From Eukaryota sp. TZLM1-RC (taxonomy: Eukaryota > Protista > Metamonada: BaSk clade), in contig JAUPSS010000003.1 of NCBI GenBank assembly GCA_040285825.1, forward strand, positions 682,001 to 746,000: a DNA stretch of 64,000 bases, given 5' to 3'. The position numbers were made by a program, and so were the translations under genes. Of the stretch, positions 35,874 through 45,924 are shown piece after piece. The notes under the pieces were generated by a model. The model made no database searches and was not told the origin of the DNA. It saw nothing but the letters and a program-made list of their open reading frames with translations. Each line of letters opens with the position of its first letter. The stretch's first letter is position 1.

Positions 35874-35915
35874 GGGACCAGGATTTATTTCAGCATCTCC
35901 ACCCAGTGTTAAATC
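35874..35915 (-). other. 2A-like (StopGo) peptide DLTLGGDAEINPGP
   Basis: Matches GD(V/I)ExNPGP except V/I->A. It lies in ORF 35742-35969 and is followed by RKRR. Confidence 0.7.
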
Positions 35916-36026
35916 AACAGTAAATGGGTTTGTTGATAAAGATGTTGGGAGCTTCTGGATTGAAAACATAAACTATTAACATAATAGTCAATCTCAACAT
36001 TATTAGATCAACAATTTAAGACACAA

Positions 36027-36236
36027 CATCCCGTATTTAAAGTGCAAGCACCTTAACCACAAAAAACACCTAAATCAAAAACACCAAAAAAATAGTTCAA
36101 AACAAAACAAAAGCAAACGAAGCATCCCGTATCTAAAATGCAAGTATTTAAACCACAAAAAACAACAAAATCAAAAACATCAAAATAACAATTCAAAACA
36201 AAACAAAAACAAAAGAAACATCCTGGATCTAAGGTG
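36027..36236. repeat. 96-bp tandem repeat, about 2.2 copies
   Basis: CATCC(C/T)G(T/G)AT(T/C)TAA recurs at 36027, 36123 and 36219. Confidence 0.9.
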
Positions 36237-36605
36237 ATTAGCACCATGGGTGATTCAACAGCACCCATATTATGACTCACATAAATACTGAAAATAGTTC
36301 AATATTCTACCCCCACGGAAGGATCAGAACGACGATTCCGATAGAAAATCGAGGTTCTGATTTTCTGTTTATTCATGTAAAGCAGGATGACTGTTTCCGA
36401 CTGACGAATTTGGGAGGAAGTACTCTGCTGTTCTGTGAAGAACAATTTGAAAGAAGAGGTGGGAACCGGGTCCGTAACCTCGTTATCTTTTTTCTCGTTT
36501 CGCTGCATGATGTTAGAAAAATGGGAAGAGTCAAGATAATCGCGCTGTCTAACACGATGTCTGGCAATTTCAAATTGATTGCTCATTTCTACATATCATA
36601 TCCTG

Positions 36606-38235
36606 GTAGGAAAAAGCAAATGGACAAAGGACATAATGAGTATGCAATTCAGCATTCAAGGATAGCAACTTTGCTGTTCACGTTTTTGGAAACACAAATG
36701 CTTCTTAATCACTTTCTCTGTGGTTGCCAACAGTAGTCTCAAGTTCTGGGACATTTTGCCACATTGTTGTGAACTCACGCTACTTGCACTAACTAGATTT
36801 TTTTGCTATTGGATATTTAATAATTGCATTGGTAGATCATATTGAAAACTAGAATTGCACATTAGCAAAACCATTATTTTTAAAACTTTTAAAACTTTCC
36901 CAATACCTCTATTACAAAAAACCCCAATCAATTCCATCGATTCATTAAAATTAGTCGCAATTCTGTGTCAAAGTGTATTTCCAACAGCTGGAACTCCAAA
37001 TTCCCGAATTAAAAAAATTATTCCGGAAACAGACAAATTGTAAAACTAAACAACAAACCGAAACTAAAGCTTTTACCTACTCAAACCCCATTAATCAATT
37101 TTGTTTTTGAATTTTGCAACCGTTTTTTGATGATGTTAATTTATTGAATTCTACAAGCAATATTTATTTAAGACACCTTGAAAATGCCCTTGATTGTTTA
37201 CCTCCAGAAATTTGGAGTAAATGCTTTCCCGATAATATACAGGAAATACCAACTAGAAAACAAGTTAATTTGAGGTATTGTGTTAAATAATTGCAGCAAA
37301 AATTAACAATAATTTGTGAAGGTTTGGATTTTAATGTTCTTCTTGGTGCAGTCAAAAAAGATAATCCCGTTTTCGCAAATTTTTTGCTAGATGCTCAAAA
37401 TAGTTCTTCATCTTGTTTAACTTCTCAAATTTCTCATCTTTATGGTCTTCTTTTAGATGATACCACATTTTCTTGCACAATGCACCTTCGATGTTTTATT
37501 TGGCCCAATAACGTTGCTCATAATTTGGTTTGCAAATGTGGATCAAAAATGTCTCCAAATCATTTGTTGAACTGTAAACATTCTATTACTTTTCGATCAA
37601 AGGTCCATGATGCAGTTAGAGATCAGCTCTACTGTATGTCTAAGTCTTACACAATTGTCTTCTTTTTGGAACCATTACTTTCTCGTTTGGTTGATGAGGA
37701 CACTTTGAATTCTTTTGGTCGTAACAGAGATGATTTAATGTTTGAAGGACTTGAAGGGACCACTATCATTACTGATGTGGAATCAACTGTTGTGTGTAAT
37801 AATCCTGTCATACCATTAGCTCAGTCAAAACACAAGAATCCGCTGTCTGTTGCCCAAAATTCTGAAATTGATAAATATAAAGCAAAGTTGCTATTGAATG
37901 CTGAATCTCACACTCATTATGTCCTTTGTACATTTGCTTTTTCCTTACATGGTGCGCTTATACCACTTGCTTTATCTTTTTTGGATGATTTTGTTGAAAT
38001 TGTAAAACAACGTACAAAAAGAATTTTTGACAAAACGTTTTACAGAACAGAATTGTATTTTCAATTTTCAAAGGTGTTGACCCGTTATTGTCTTCTGCTT
38101 TATTAGCTCTTGGTCGTTTTTATGAAGGAGAAACTTCCAGTCAATTTTTGTTGCCTGATTTGGGATGGGAGGATTTAGACTTTCAATTTTTGTGTTTAGT
38201 TTTTTGAAAGTAATAAATTAAAAATTCTCAAAAAA
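36606..38235 (+). mobile_element. RLE non-LTR retrotransposon 3' portion (37130-38235) preceded by a mosaic segment shared with 14580-15180
   Basis: CKCGSKMSPNHLLNC, RSKVHDAVRDQL and GRNRDDL..TD motifs, AATAAA tail. Confidence 0.85.
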
Positions 38236-38577
38236 GTGATCATTGAGGGTCCTGCAGCTTTGCCATATGGTCGACAAGAAATTGCATTAGATACTTCTAC
38301 TTCAGAAAAAGGGTTGGATCCCGAATTTGTGAAATAATGAAATTCAAAGGTATGATCAACACATGTACACCTGTTAAGTGATGCAAAAAATCATTACAAG
38401 CAACAAGAGATAGAAGCATAGCACCGTTTATTGCACTTTTGGCATCTGATTAGATGCTATTTGACTATAACGTAATAATCCATGCTAAGGCTTTTATTGA
38501 CTATTTTGTGATTTGTCAACTATTGACTATTTGTGAGTTATGTGAAAAATGACCATGGAACAATGATGAATGATCCC

Positions 38578-39081
38578 TTAAGCAGTTTCAGCACGCATAG
38601 TGAGACCGCAACGACCTACATGTTAGATTTAGAAAATATACGTACCACAGTATGAACGGTCCTTCATTTTGGCCATAAAGACACCGGGTCCACATTGAGG
38701 AGATGGACATTCGCGACGGAGACGGACAACATGTTCACCCTCAACCTTGTAATACTTGAGGATGGAGAGCTTGACGGGCTTGCGGACTTTCTTGACCTTC
38801 TTGGGCTTGGTGTAAACCTTCTTCTTTCTCTTCCTTTTACCACCATCGAGGGGAAGAGCAGCGTGAATAGTGCTACCACTTTCGATTCCGAAATCACCGA
38901 TAGAGCCTTCTTCCAGGAGGCGACCAGCATAATGGAGAGACAGCTCAGCACCTAAGATTGGCTATCAAGTGGACCCCATACCAAAGATGTCACGAACTTG
39001 AGAGTTCAAAACATGGATGCTTTCCTCGCAATCAATCTCCAAAGAATGGGACCTGTCGAGACACTTTAAGAAGACTTGCAT
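38578..39081 (-). CDS. RPS27A: ubiquitin-like - 40S ribosomal protein eS31 (S27a) fusion, 3 exons (introns 38952-38981, 38616-38645); absent from the ORF track
   Basis: The spliced product is MQVFLKCLD...[58 protein letters not shown]. Both introns are GT-AG and 30 nt. Confidence 0.93.
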
Positions 39082-39136
39082 TATGAGCAACAGAAAAAAG
39101 AGATTACCTATATTTCATTTTTGTACTTTACTCCAA

Positions 39137-39880
39137 ATGGAAATTGATCCTATTAAGTGTCCAACTGAGTGGGATGAGCTACAGGCAAAATATGGTAATC
39201 TACCTGATCCTTGGGAAACATACAACTTGGCCAAGGAACTGACGAAACAATATCGTGCACCCTCGCAGGAAGAACTTGCCGAAGATAAGGCTGCTCAATT
39301 TGAAAATGCTACTCTTTCCGACCTCTCAGACCTTGAAGATTCCGAAGACGAAGAGTTTCTTGCTCTTTATCGAAATAAGCGATTGGAAGAACTTAAAAAT
39401 CTCCAACTAAGAGCAAAGTTTGGTTCACTAACTGAAATCCGTGCTAATGAATTTGTTGATCAAGTTACCAATGTGAGAGACCATTTTGTTGTGTGCCTTT
39501 TGTATCAAGAATATGTACCTGTTTGCAAAAGAATCATTGTTTATCTTTCACAGCTTGCCCAAAAGTTCCCAGATGTCAAGTTTGTCAAAATTGTTGGTTC
39601 AGAGTGTATACCTAATTACCCAGATTCAAATATACCCACAATTTTAATATACGATAATGGTGAAAAGAAACACTTTATAGTAGGATCTGCTGTTTATGGA
39701 GGTAACCAATGTAGTCAGGCAGACATTGAATTCTGGTTGGGACAACTTGGTATTGTTGACACTGACATTGTTGAAGATCCTAGGTTGCAAAAGAGAAATG
39801 AAGCATCTGAGTCAAGATTTAGAATGTACACTAGGCGTTCAATTCGAGGTGGTCAGGAAGGTTCAGACTCTGATTATTAG
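39137..39880 (+). CDS. phosducin-like protein (PhLP2/PDCL3 type)
   Basis: TEWDEL..KYGNLP, YRNKRLEEL, KFGSLTEI, FPDVKFVKI and CIPNYPD..PTILIY. The likely ATG is 39137. Confidence 0.9.
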   Translation: MEIDPIKCPTEWDELQAKYGNLPDPWETYNLAKELTKQYRAPSQEELAEDKAAQFENATLSDLSDLEDSEDEEFLALYRNKRLEELKNLQLRAKFGSLTEIRANEFVDQVTNVRDHFVVCLLYQEYVPVCKRIIVYLSQLAQKFPDVKFVKIVGSECIPNYPDSNIPTILIYDNGEKKHFIVGSAVYGGNQCSQADIEFWLGQLGIVDTDIVEDPRLQKRNEASESRFRMYTRRSIRGGQEGSDSDY

Positions 39881-40228
39881 TTCCTGTGATCTATTTTTTA
39901 AAAAAAGCAGCATTGTATTTATTAAAACTAATGTTTTTTGTTGGAATTATTAGATAAATACTATCTACTTTGCATCAAATGAAAACATTCTACATTTTCC
40001 AATTGGTGAAATTATAAGCTTCCACTAAATGTATGAGATTCACCCAATTTGTTTGTCTCAATAAATTCAATTTTTCAATGAACCGTTACAATTAACAACT
40101 TCAGAACTGTATCATGGTGTTTGGTAGGAATTCCAAAAATTGTCAAAATAAAAGTGACAATAAACTTACACTATGCGCAAACCTACTGAAACCCGTATTC
40201 TTTCTGACAAGAAAAGAACAAAAAAAGC

Positions 40229-41203
40229 TTACTGAACTGTCGTAATCTTGGCAACATTGATGTGTTGCTGAAAAATGTGTAGCAAACACACCAAGAGTGG
40301 TCGAGGAGCACAATTTACCCGAGGAGCTGACTTTACGACACAAGGAGGACAAACACAATGAGGGCCTTGACACTTGGGCCATTTGGGATCTCTATCAGGA
40401 AGAGAAGGGTCTAGTTTGCGCTTGTTATCCCACTGTAATACTGATAACTTGTTATACTTGACCACTTTTTTCAGAATTCCATGCTTATGGGACTCACTGA
40501 GTGTGAGACATTTCTTGATATTCTGAAAATGTAAACGAAAATACCAAATGAGAATAATTCCAATAGCCAAATTTAAAATGCCATAAAACATTATTATTGA
40601 TTGAATCTTAATAATGCCAAATAAAAGATTTTTAACAGGCGATTCCAACCTTGAGGAATTCTCGATTTGAACAAGAACTTGAGCTCTCTGGTTGATGTCA
40701 ATCCAATGTCGAGCACAAGTTAAGACAATGGAAAAACAGTGCAAAATCAAAGTTAATATAAATGACAAGAAACACAAAAAGTTTCCTCCACCTATGCAAC
40801 CAATCCACCAGCAATGGTGATCAAAAAGCAAAACACAATGATTACAGATTGAGCAGTGTCTATTGTGAGAAAAGAGTCAAAAACGATACTTGGAGCGAGC
40901 AACCTTGTAAATTTGACAATATTCACACCAATTAACAGAATGAAGATCATTAGTAGGAATCAAAGATGATGCTACATCGTAATTGGTATCACTCACTATG
41001 CCTGGATTCTTGATGAATGTCCATATAAAAGTGATAAGAGTAAGAGTGCGAGTAACACAAATCCACACGAAAGAGATGTAGTTGTTGTGGTTCAAATAGA
41101 AAGAATGATCCACATAATGTGTACAGCCTACTATCAGGATAAACATCGTTGCGAAAAGATGATGTAAACGGATATGCATCAACAGATGATAGGTTTGCTG
41201 CAA
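40229..41203 (-). CDS. DHHC palmitoyltransferase, intron 40860-40889; both ends uncertain
   Basis: The spliced sequence is CEYCQIYKVARSK|HCSICNHCVLLFDHHCWWIGCIG, with flanking TM segments. Confidence 0.85.
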
Positions 41204-41382
41204 ATTTTTGCAACCTTAATAATTTGATACTAACTTATAGATTATAGCCAACAATTGAAGTTTGAAATAGTTTTATTCACCCAGCTTAGTGAAAGAACGA
41301 CCCATGAAACAATGATTAATTTAAAAAGGTTAAATATTGGGACAACGCATCAACGACCAACAACTAAACACGTCAGGACAGA

Positions 41383-42843
41383 CTATATCAGTTTCTTAAC
41401 CATATAATAACTAGCAGGATCATACTCGTACCCAAACTTGGCGTAGTATTGACGAACACCAATACCACTAATAACAGCAACATGGCTACAATCCCATTCC
41501 TCAGAGGCGATCCTTTCAGCTTCAACTAGCAAAAGTCTCCCTAAGCCTTGATGTTGAGATGACTTTGCAACTGAATCTTCTTTATCCAATTCTCTGGTCT
41601 GAGTCTTCAAACTTGTCCCATAAACATGAACCTCCCTCACTAGTGCTCTGTTCTCTTCCTCAACCCACCTCAGTCTTAGCATACCAGCTAGGGAATCAGA
41701 GAGTTGGTCCTCATAAGAGAGAAAGACCTCCCATCCACCATTAGCCACAAAATCCCTTCTCACCAAGTCTTCAACAACTAAACGACCCCAGCTCCTTTCA
41801 GCAAGCTCTCCATGCACGTCTCGAATGCCAACCTCTCTAGTTCTTACTTCTCTTGACGGCCTTCCACTACTAATAGCATAATTCAGGCCTAGTTCCCTTA
41901 GATTTCCAGCTGGTACCCCTGCAGAAACCAAAGGAGCAGGAATGTCTCGTTGAACTCTATAAACACGAACCCATGGAGGAACAAAAGAAAGAATTCTTCC
42001 TATTTGATTAATAACTGTTTCCTCTGATGGGGGTCGGTACTCCCCCCTCTTCCACTGATCATAAAGAATAGTTCCTCTCATAACCAGTGTAGGATAAATC
42101 TTAATCCCATCAGGCCTAAGTTCCTCATCTTTCCACACTTCTTCCCAACCTCTTAACTCTCTTTCAGGATCCTCAACCCCAGGGAGAAAAGGCATAAAAT
42201 GACCAATAACCTTGAACCCATAGTGTCTAGAGTCTAGGAAACACTGTTTAACTTCATCCATTCCATGCGCTCTATTCACAGAGGTAAGGACGTCTTGGAA
42301 AGGGGATTGCACACCTATTTCTAATCTTGTTGCTCCATAAGACAACATTTCTATTAAATGTTGAGGTGCACAGTAATCAGGTCGAGTCTCGATTGTAAGC
42401 CCCACACAGCGATGCTTAGATCTCTCGGCAAACATGACAGCCTCCTTCACAGAGTGAGATTCATGGTCAGAAAGAGCATCGAGAATTTCACGGATGAACC
42501 AATCGCGATAAGTCCGGGGTAAGTAAAAAAAGGTTCCCCCCATAATGATGATCTCAATCTTGTTAGAGTGGTGACCTAGTTCCTTTAGTTGGTTGAGACG
42601 AACAGTGACTTGTTTATGGGGATGATATCTAGCTTTGATTGCTCTCATTGAAGTGGGTTCATATCCACAGTAGGACTGGGTAGAGAATTCAAAGTCAGAC
42701 TGTGTGCCACCACAACAATAGGTACAAGGGTTTGAGGAAAGCATGTGAGGACAGGGATGAGGCTTACACATAAGTGCAATAGGGAGCACCCCACTGGCTG
42801 ATCGAACTGGTTTTCTCACAAAGGGAGGAGGCGGTATAGTCAT
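41383..42843 (-). CDS. ELP3: Elongator catalytic subunit Elp3 (radical SAM plus KAT)
   Basis: KPVRSASG, CPH..CTYC, QSYCGYEPTSMRA, IETRPD, YPTLV, RVQRDIP, VREVHVYG and QHQGLG. Confidence 0.97.
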   Translation of the reverse strand: MTIPPPPFVRKPVRSASGVLPIALMCKPHPCPHMLSSNPCTYCCGGTQSDFEFSTQSYCGYEPTSMRAIKARYHPHKQVTVRLNQLKELGHHSNKIEIIIMGGTFFYLPRTYRDWFIREILDALSDHESHSVKEAVMFAERSKHRCVGLTIETRPDYCAPQHLIEMLSYGATRLEIGVQSPFQDVLTSVNRAHGMDEVKQCFLDSRHYGFKVIGHFMPFLPGVEDPERELRGWEEVWKDEELRPDGIKIYPTLVMRGTILYDQWKRGEYRPPSEETVINQIGRILSFVPPWVRVYRVQRDIPAPLVSAGVPAGNLRELGLNYAISSGRPSREVRTREVGIRDVHGELAERSWGRLVVEDLVRRDFVANGGWEVFLSYEDQLSDSLAGMLRLRWVEEENRALVREVHVYGTSLKTQTRELDKEDSVAKSSQHQGLGRLLLVEAERIASEEWDCSHVAVISGIGVRQYYAKFGYEYDPASYYMVKKLI

Positions 42844-42857
42844 TCTTGAAGATATTG

Positions 42858-43890
42858 TCTATAACAATGAACTAAGTGTCCTTTTACACCGATGAAGAGG
42901 GACTGAGTTTTTGAGAAGTGGAAGATTTTCTTCTTGATACCTTTTTCTTTGAACCTTTGTCAACCTTTACTCTCTGTAGGTATTCCGGTCTATATCCACC
43001 TTTTACATGTGCTTCCATCACTGCCAACATATTCAGCGCAGCATCTCGATCTCTATTCCACAAACTTTCGCATGATTTACACATGGTAAGCCCGTGACGA
43101 ATAGACATCTCATGTCTCTTCGATCGCTATGGACTTCTGCATAATTGGAATGTTTCAACTGTTTTCTCAGCTTTCTTACAGTTGAAACAGCAACAACTGT
43201 TTCGAAACTCATCAATTAAAAAGACTTGATGAACAGCCTTTAAATAAAATTCTCAAACCTTTTTCTTTGGTAGGTTCTTTGAATTTCTTGTGTTTTCGTT
43301 ATTCCCAGTCTCCGATTCCAATAACTACTTGACAGGCATCAGCAATTACTGATTTGAAGCACTGAATCATTTTTGCCTCAGATCTTGTGCGAGTGATCTC
43401 AGCCCACCGTCTTAGTTTCCTGAATATTTTTTGATGATAGACTTCACCAACAATACTATCCACAAAATTCTTTTGTTTAATATACTCCATAAATCTATCA
43501 AATCTGCAGCTTTTGGAATTAAAGTGGGATAAAGTTGCTTCCCGTTCTGCTACAGTTTTAGTTTTTTGATCATTATTACCCAAGTTGAATGAGTAATCAA
43601 TTCGTTGAGGTACATCACATCTCAATAAACTAATTGTCTAGATTGTTTAAATCCATCGTTTGTTGGTGAGCTTCTGATAACTCGTAATTGGATGGATCAA
43701 TTACCCTGTTAGTAGCATTATCTATTGAAAAGAGTGTTGTCACGAATTTTTTGTCTCTTTTTCTTTTAAATTTGAACTTGATGGTACCTGAAATGACCAT
43801 ATTTGTCTCTTTCATGATTTTTTTGAATGGCCGAGTCCAGCAGTTAAATTTGCAGAAACATAGAGTAGATCAGAATTACCTGGAAGAATT
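42858..43890 (-). mobile_element. decayed Fanzor1 element, 3' half (locus E)
   Basis: PGNSDLLY, FRKLRR, IGDWE, IDEFRNSCCC, RHGLTMCKSC..LWNRDRDAALNM and GGYRPEYLQR. It shares its terminus with 9810-10710. Confidence 0.92.
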
Positions 43891-44379
43891 ATTAATATAG
43901 TGTCATTGAAATAAGTCCATTCTAGATTGCCTGAACGACACTGCTACTCGTTCAGTCTCGATGCTTGACATGATTTACTTTGGATTTTCTGAAAGTTTCG
44001 TGTTTTTAATCTTGTTTATTTTCAAAGTGTCCCATAATACCAAACCAGCAGCTTAATTATTACATTGAAAATACGACCTTTTACCAAGGTTGTCCCTGTA
44101 TTCAGCAAAGAACAAGTCCTCATTATCGTCTCAAAAATTAAAGTAAAACATTGCCTTAATTATACATCTTGAATACTTTTCGCTTTCAGCAGCAGAGAAG
44201 TAAATAAGAGCATCGTAGATACTATCGCATAATTAACCATTCTCTCTTAACCTTATTTCTTGGAAAAAACAGTAAAAAAACAATAATGTTCCTTCCAAAA
44301 ATCCAAATACACGAATTCCGTTTTTTTGAAGTATAAAAAAATTCCCTCGTTATACCTCATTCAAAAACTCTGAAGTTAA

Positions 44380-45440
44380 CTTTGTCTTATACAACCGAAT
44401 CTTTTTTGAAATCTCTCTTGTCAAATCTGTTTTATGCTGAAGATGATTTTCATAAGAATAATAGAGGTGATGTCATATTACCAGGATTAGATGGAACCTT
44501 CATTTTATTGGATGTAATGTCTGTTGATCCTTGTAATGTCTCAAATGAAAGGCTTGCTAATTCTGAAATTCATAACCCCCTTTCAAATGCTGAAAATTTC
44601 AAAGTCAAAAAATACAGTGAACCTTTGTCCAAATTGTCCACCCAACAGTATGCAAAATACAATTTGTAACTAAGAAGTACGTAACAGTAGATGTTTGCAA
44701 GAAAAAATGCCTTGAAAAATCCATAATCCGAAGTATCCCCTTGATTATTCAGAATTGTACAAAAGGAAAAAATATGCAAATCCTTTAAAAGAATTGAAAC
44801 ATGTTCGCCATGTGGACTACCAAATTTGCCCATTTTTTCTATCCTTGTATGGACGTCTTGGAAAAACCGCAATAAATTATATTAATGATTTTGAAAATCT
44901 TGTAAAAAGAAGAATGAATAAGCGTTTTGATCGTCGTTTGTGGTTAAATTGTATTGTTTTCACTATTTTCATATGAATTCCTAAAATGATTTCGAAAGCT
45001 TTGATGTCTGCTAGTGCACATTATGAAAACATTGCTGCTGTAAGGTTTGATGGTGTGGAAGCTTGTTTTGAAGATATTGATTTTTATAATGTATTTTAAA
45101 AAACAAATCAAAAGATATTCCAAAAAAACAGTATGCATTTCACAATTTGTATCCTTTTGTGTTTTCTCTATCTGGTTCGCTTGCTCCCACGGCTATACGC
45201 TTTTTGGCAGATTTCAAAATGATTGTGAAGAAAAAGACCCATAGAAATTTCAACAGATTGTTTTATCAAAATAGAATTGTGTTTTCTATTTTTAACGGGA
45301 TGTTGAAGATGTTTTCTGTTGCTTAGTTTTCTCTTGGATTTCACTATGAGAGAATTGCAACTAGTTGTTTTGTTTTGGGAGAGATGGATTTTTTAGATGT
45401 TGATTTATAAGTTGTTTAATAAATAAATTTTAATAAAAAA
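44380..45440 (+). mobile_element. cluster of two to three nested RLE non-LTR 3' fragments
   Basis: NRGDVILPG..LD, KVKKY, CPFFLSLYGRLG and (W)LN.IVF motifs recur; A-rich tails. Confidence 0.8.
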
Positions 45441-45924
45441 GTTGACATTATTGAAAATTGACGAAAGGAAAGCGGCATAGGTTGATGAGGAAAATGAGTA
45501 CACAGAAAGATATACAATTGGAGCAACAAAAATTGAAAGAATGAGGTGGTTGGTGAGGGAAATTATTGTTCACCCAAACAGATCACATCAATAAATTGAA
45601 ACAAATTCAATTATCAAAATCTCAATCATTATGATTCAATGTCAACAGAATGAATCGATATAATCACAAAAGGCGATTACCAGTAGCCAGATGATGATGT
45701 CTTGGTAAAAGTGGGTCATAACCGAAAGTAGAACGTGTTCGCTAATCGCATAGAGAAGGGCATCATTGGTATAACCCATATTGACAAAAATAAAGCACTC
45801 TACGATGACGTGAGAGGTGTCAAGAGGAGAAAAGAGGGTATATCGTTGTTGATAAAATATAATATTTTACAATTGACTATGTGCACAATTGTTGTACAAT
45901 AAATCGAAATCCAACTCTCTTTGG

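Noticed and set aside
39017-39136. 40-aa N-terminal extension of the phosducin-like ORF
   Set aside because: It overlaps RPS27A exon 1 on the opposite strand, and homology begins at ATG 39137.
40090-40232. Extra 3' exons of the DHHC gene after GTAAGC/GTAAGT donor-like sites
   Set aside because: No acceptor matches the branch-AG pattern of the other introns; unresolved without cDNA.
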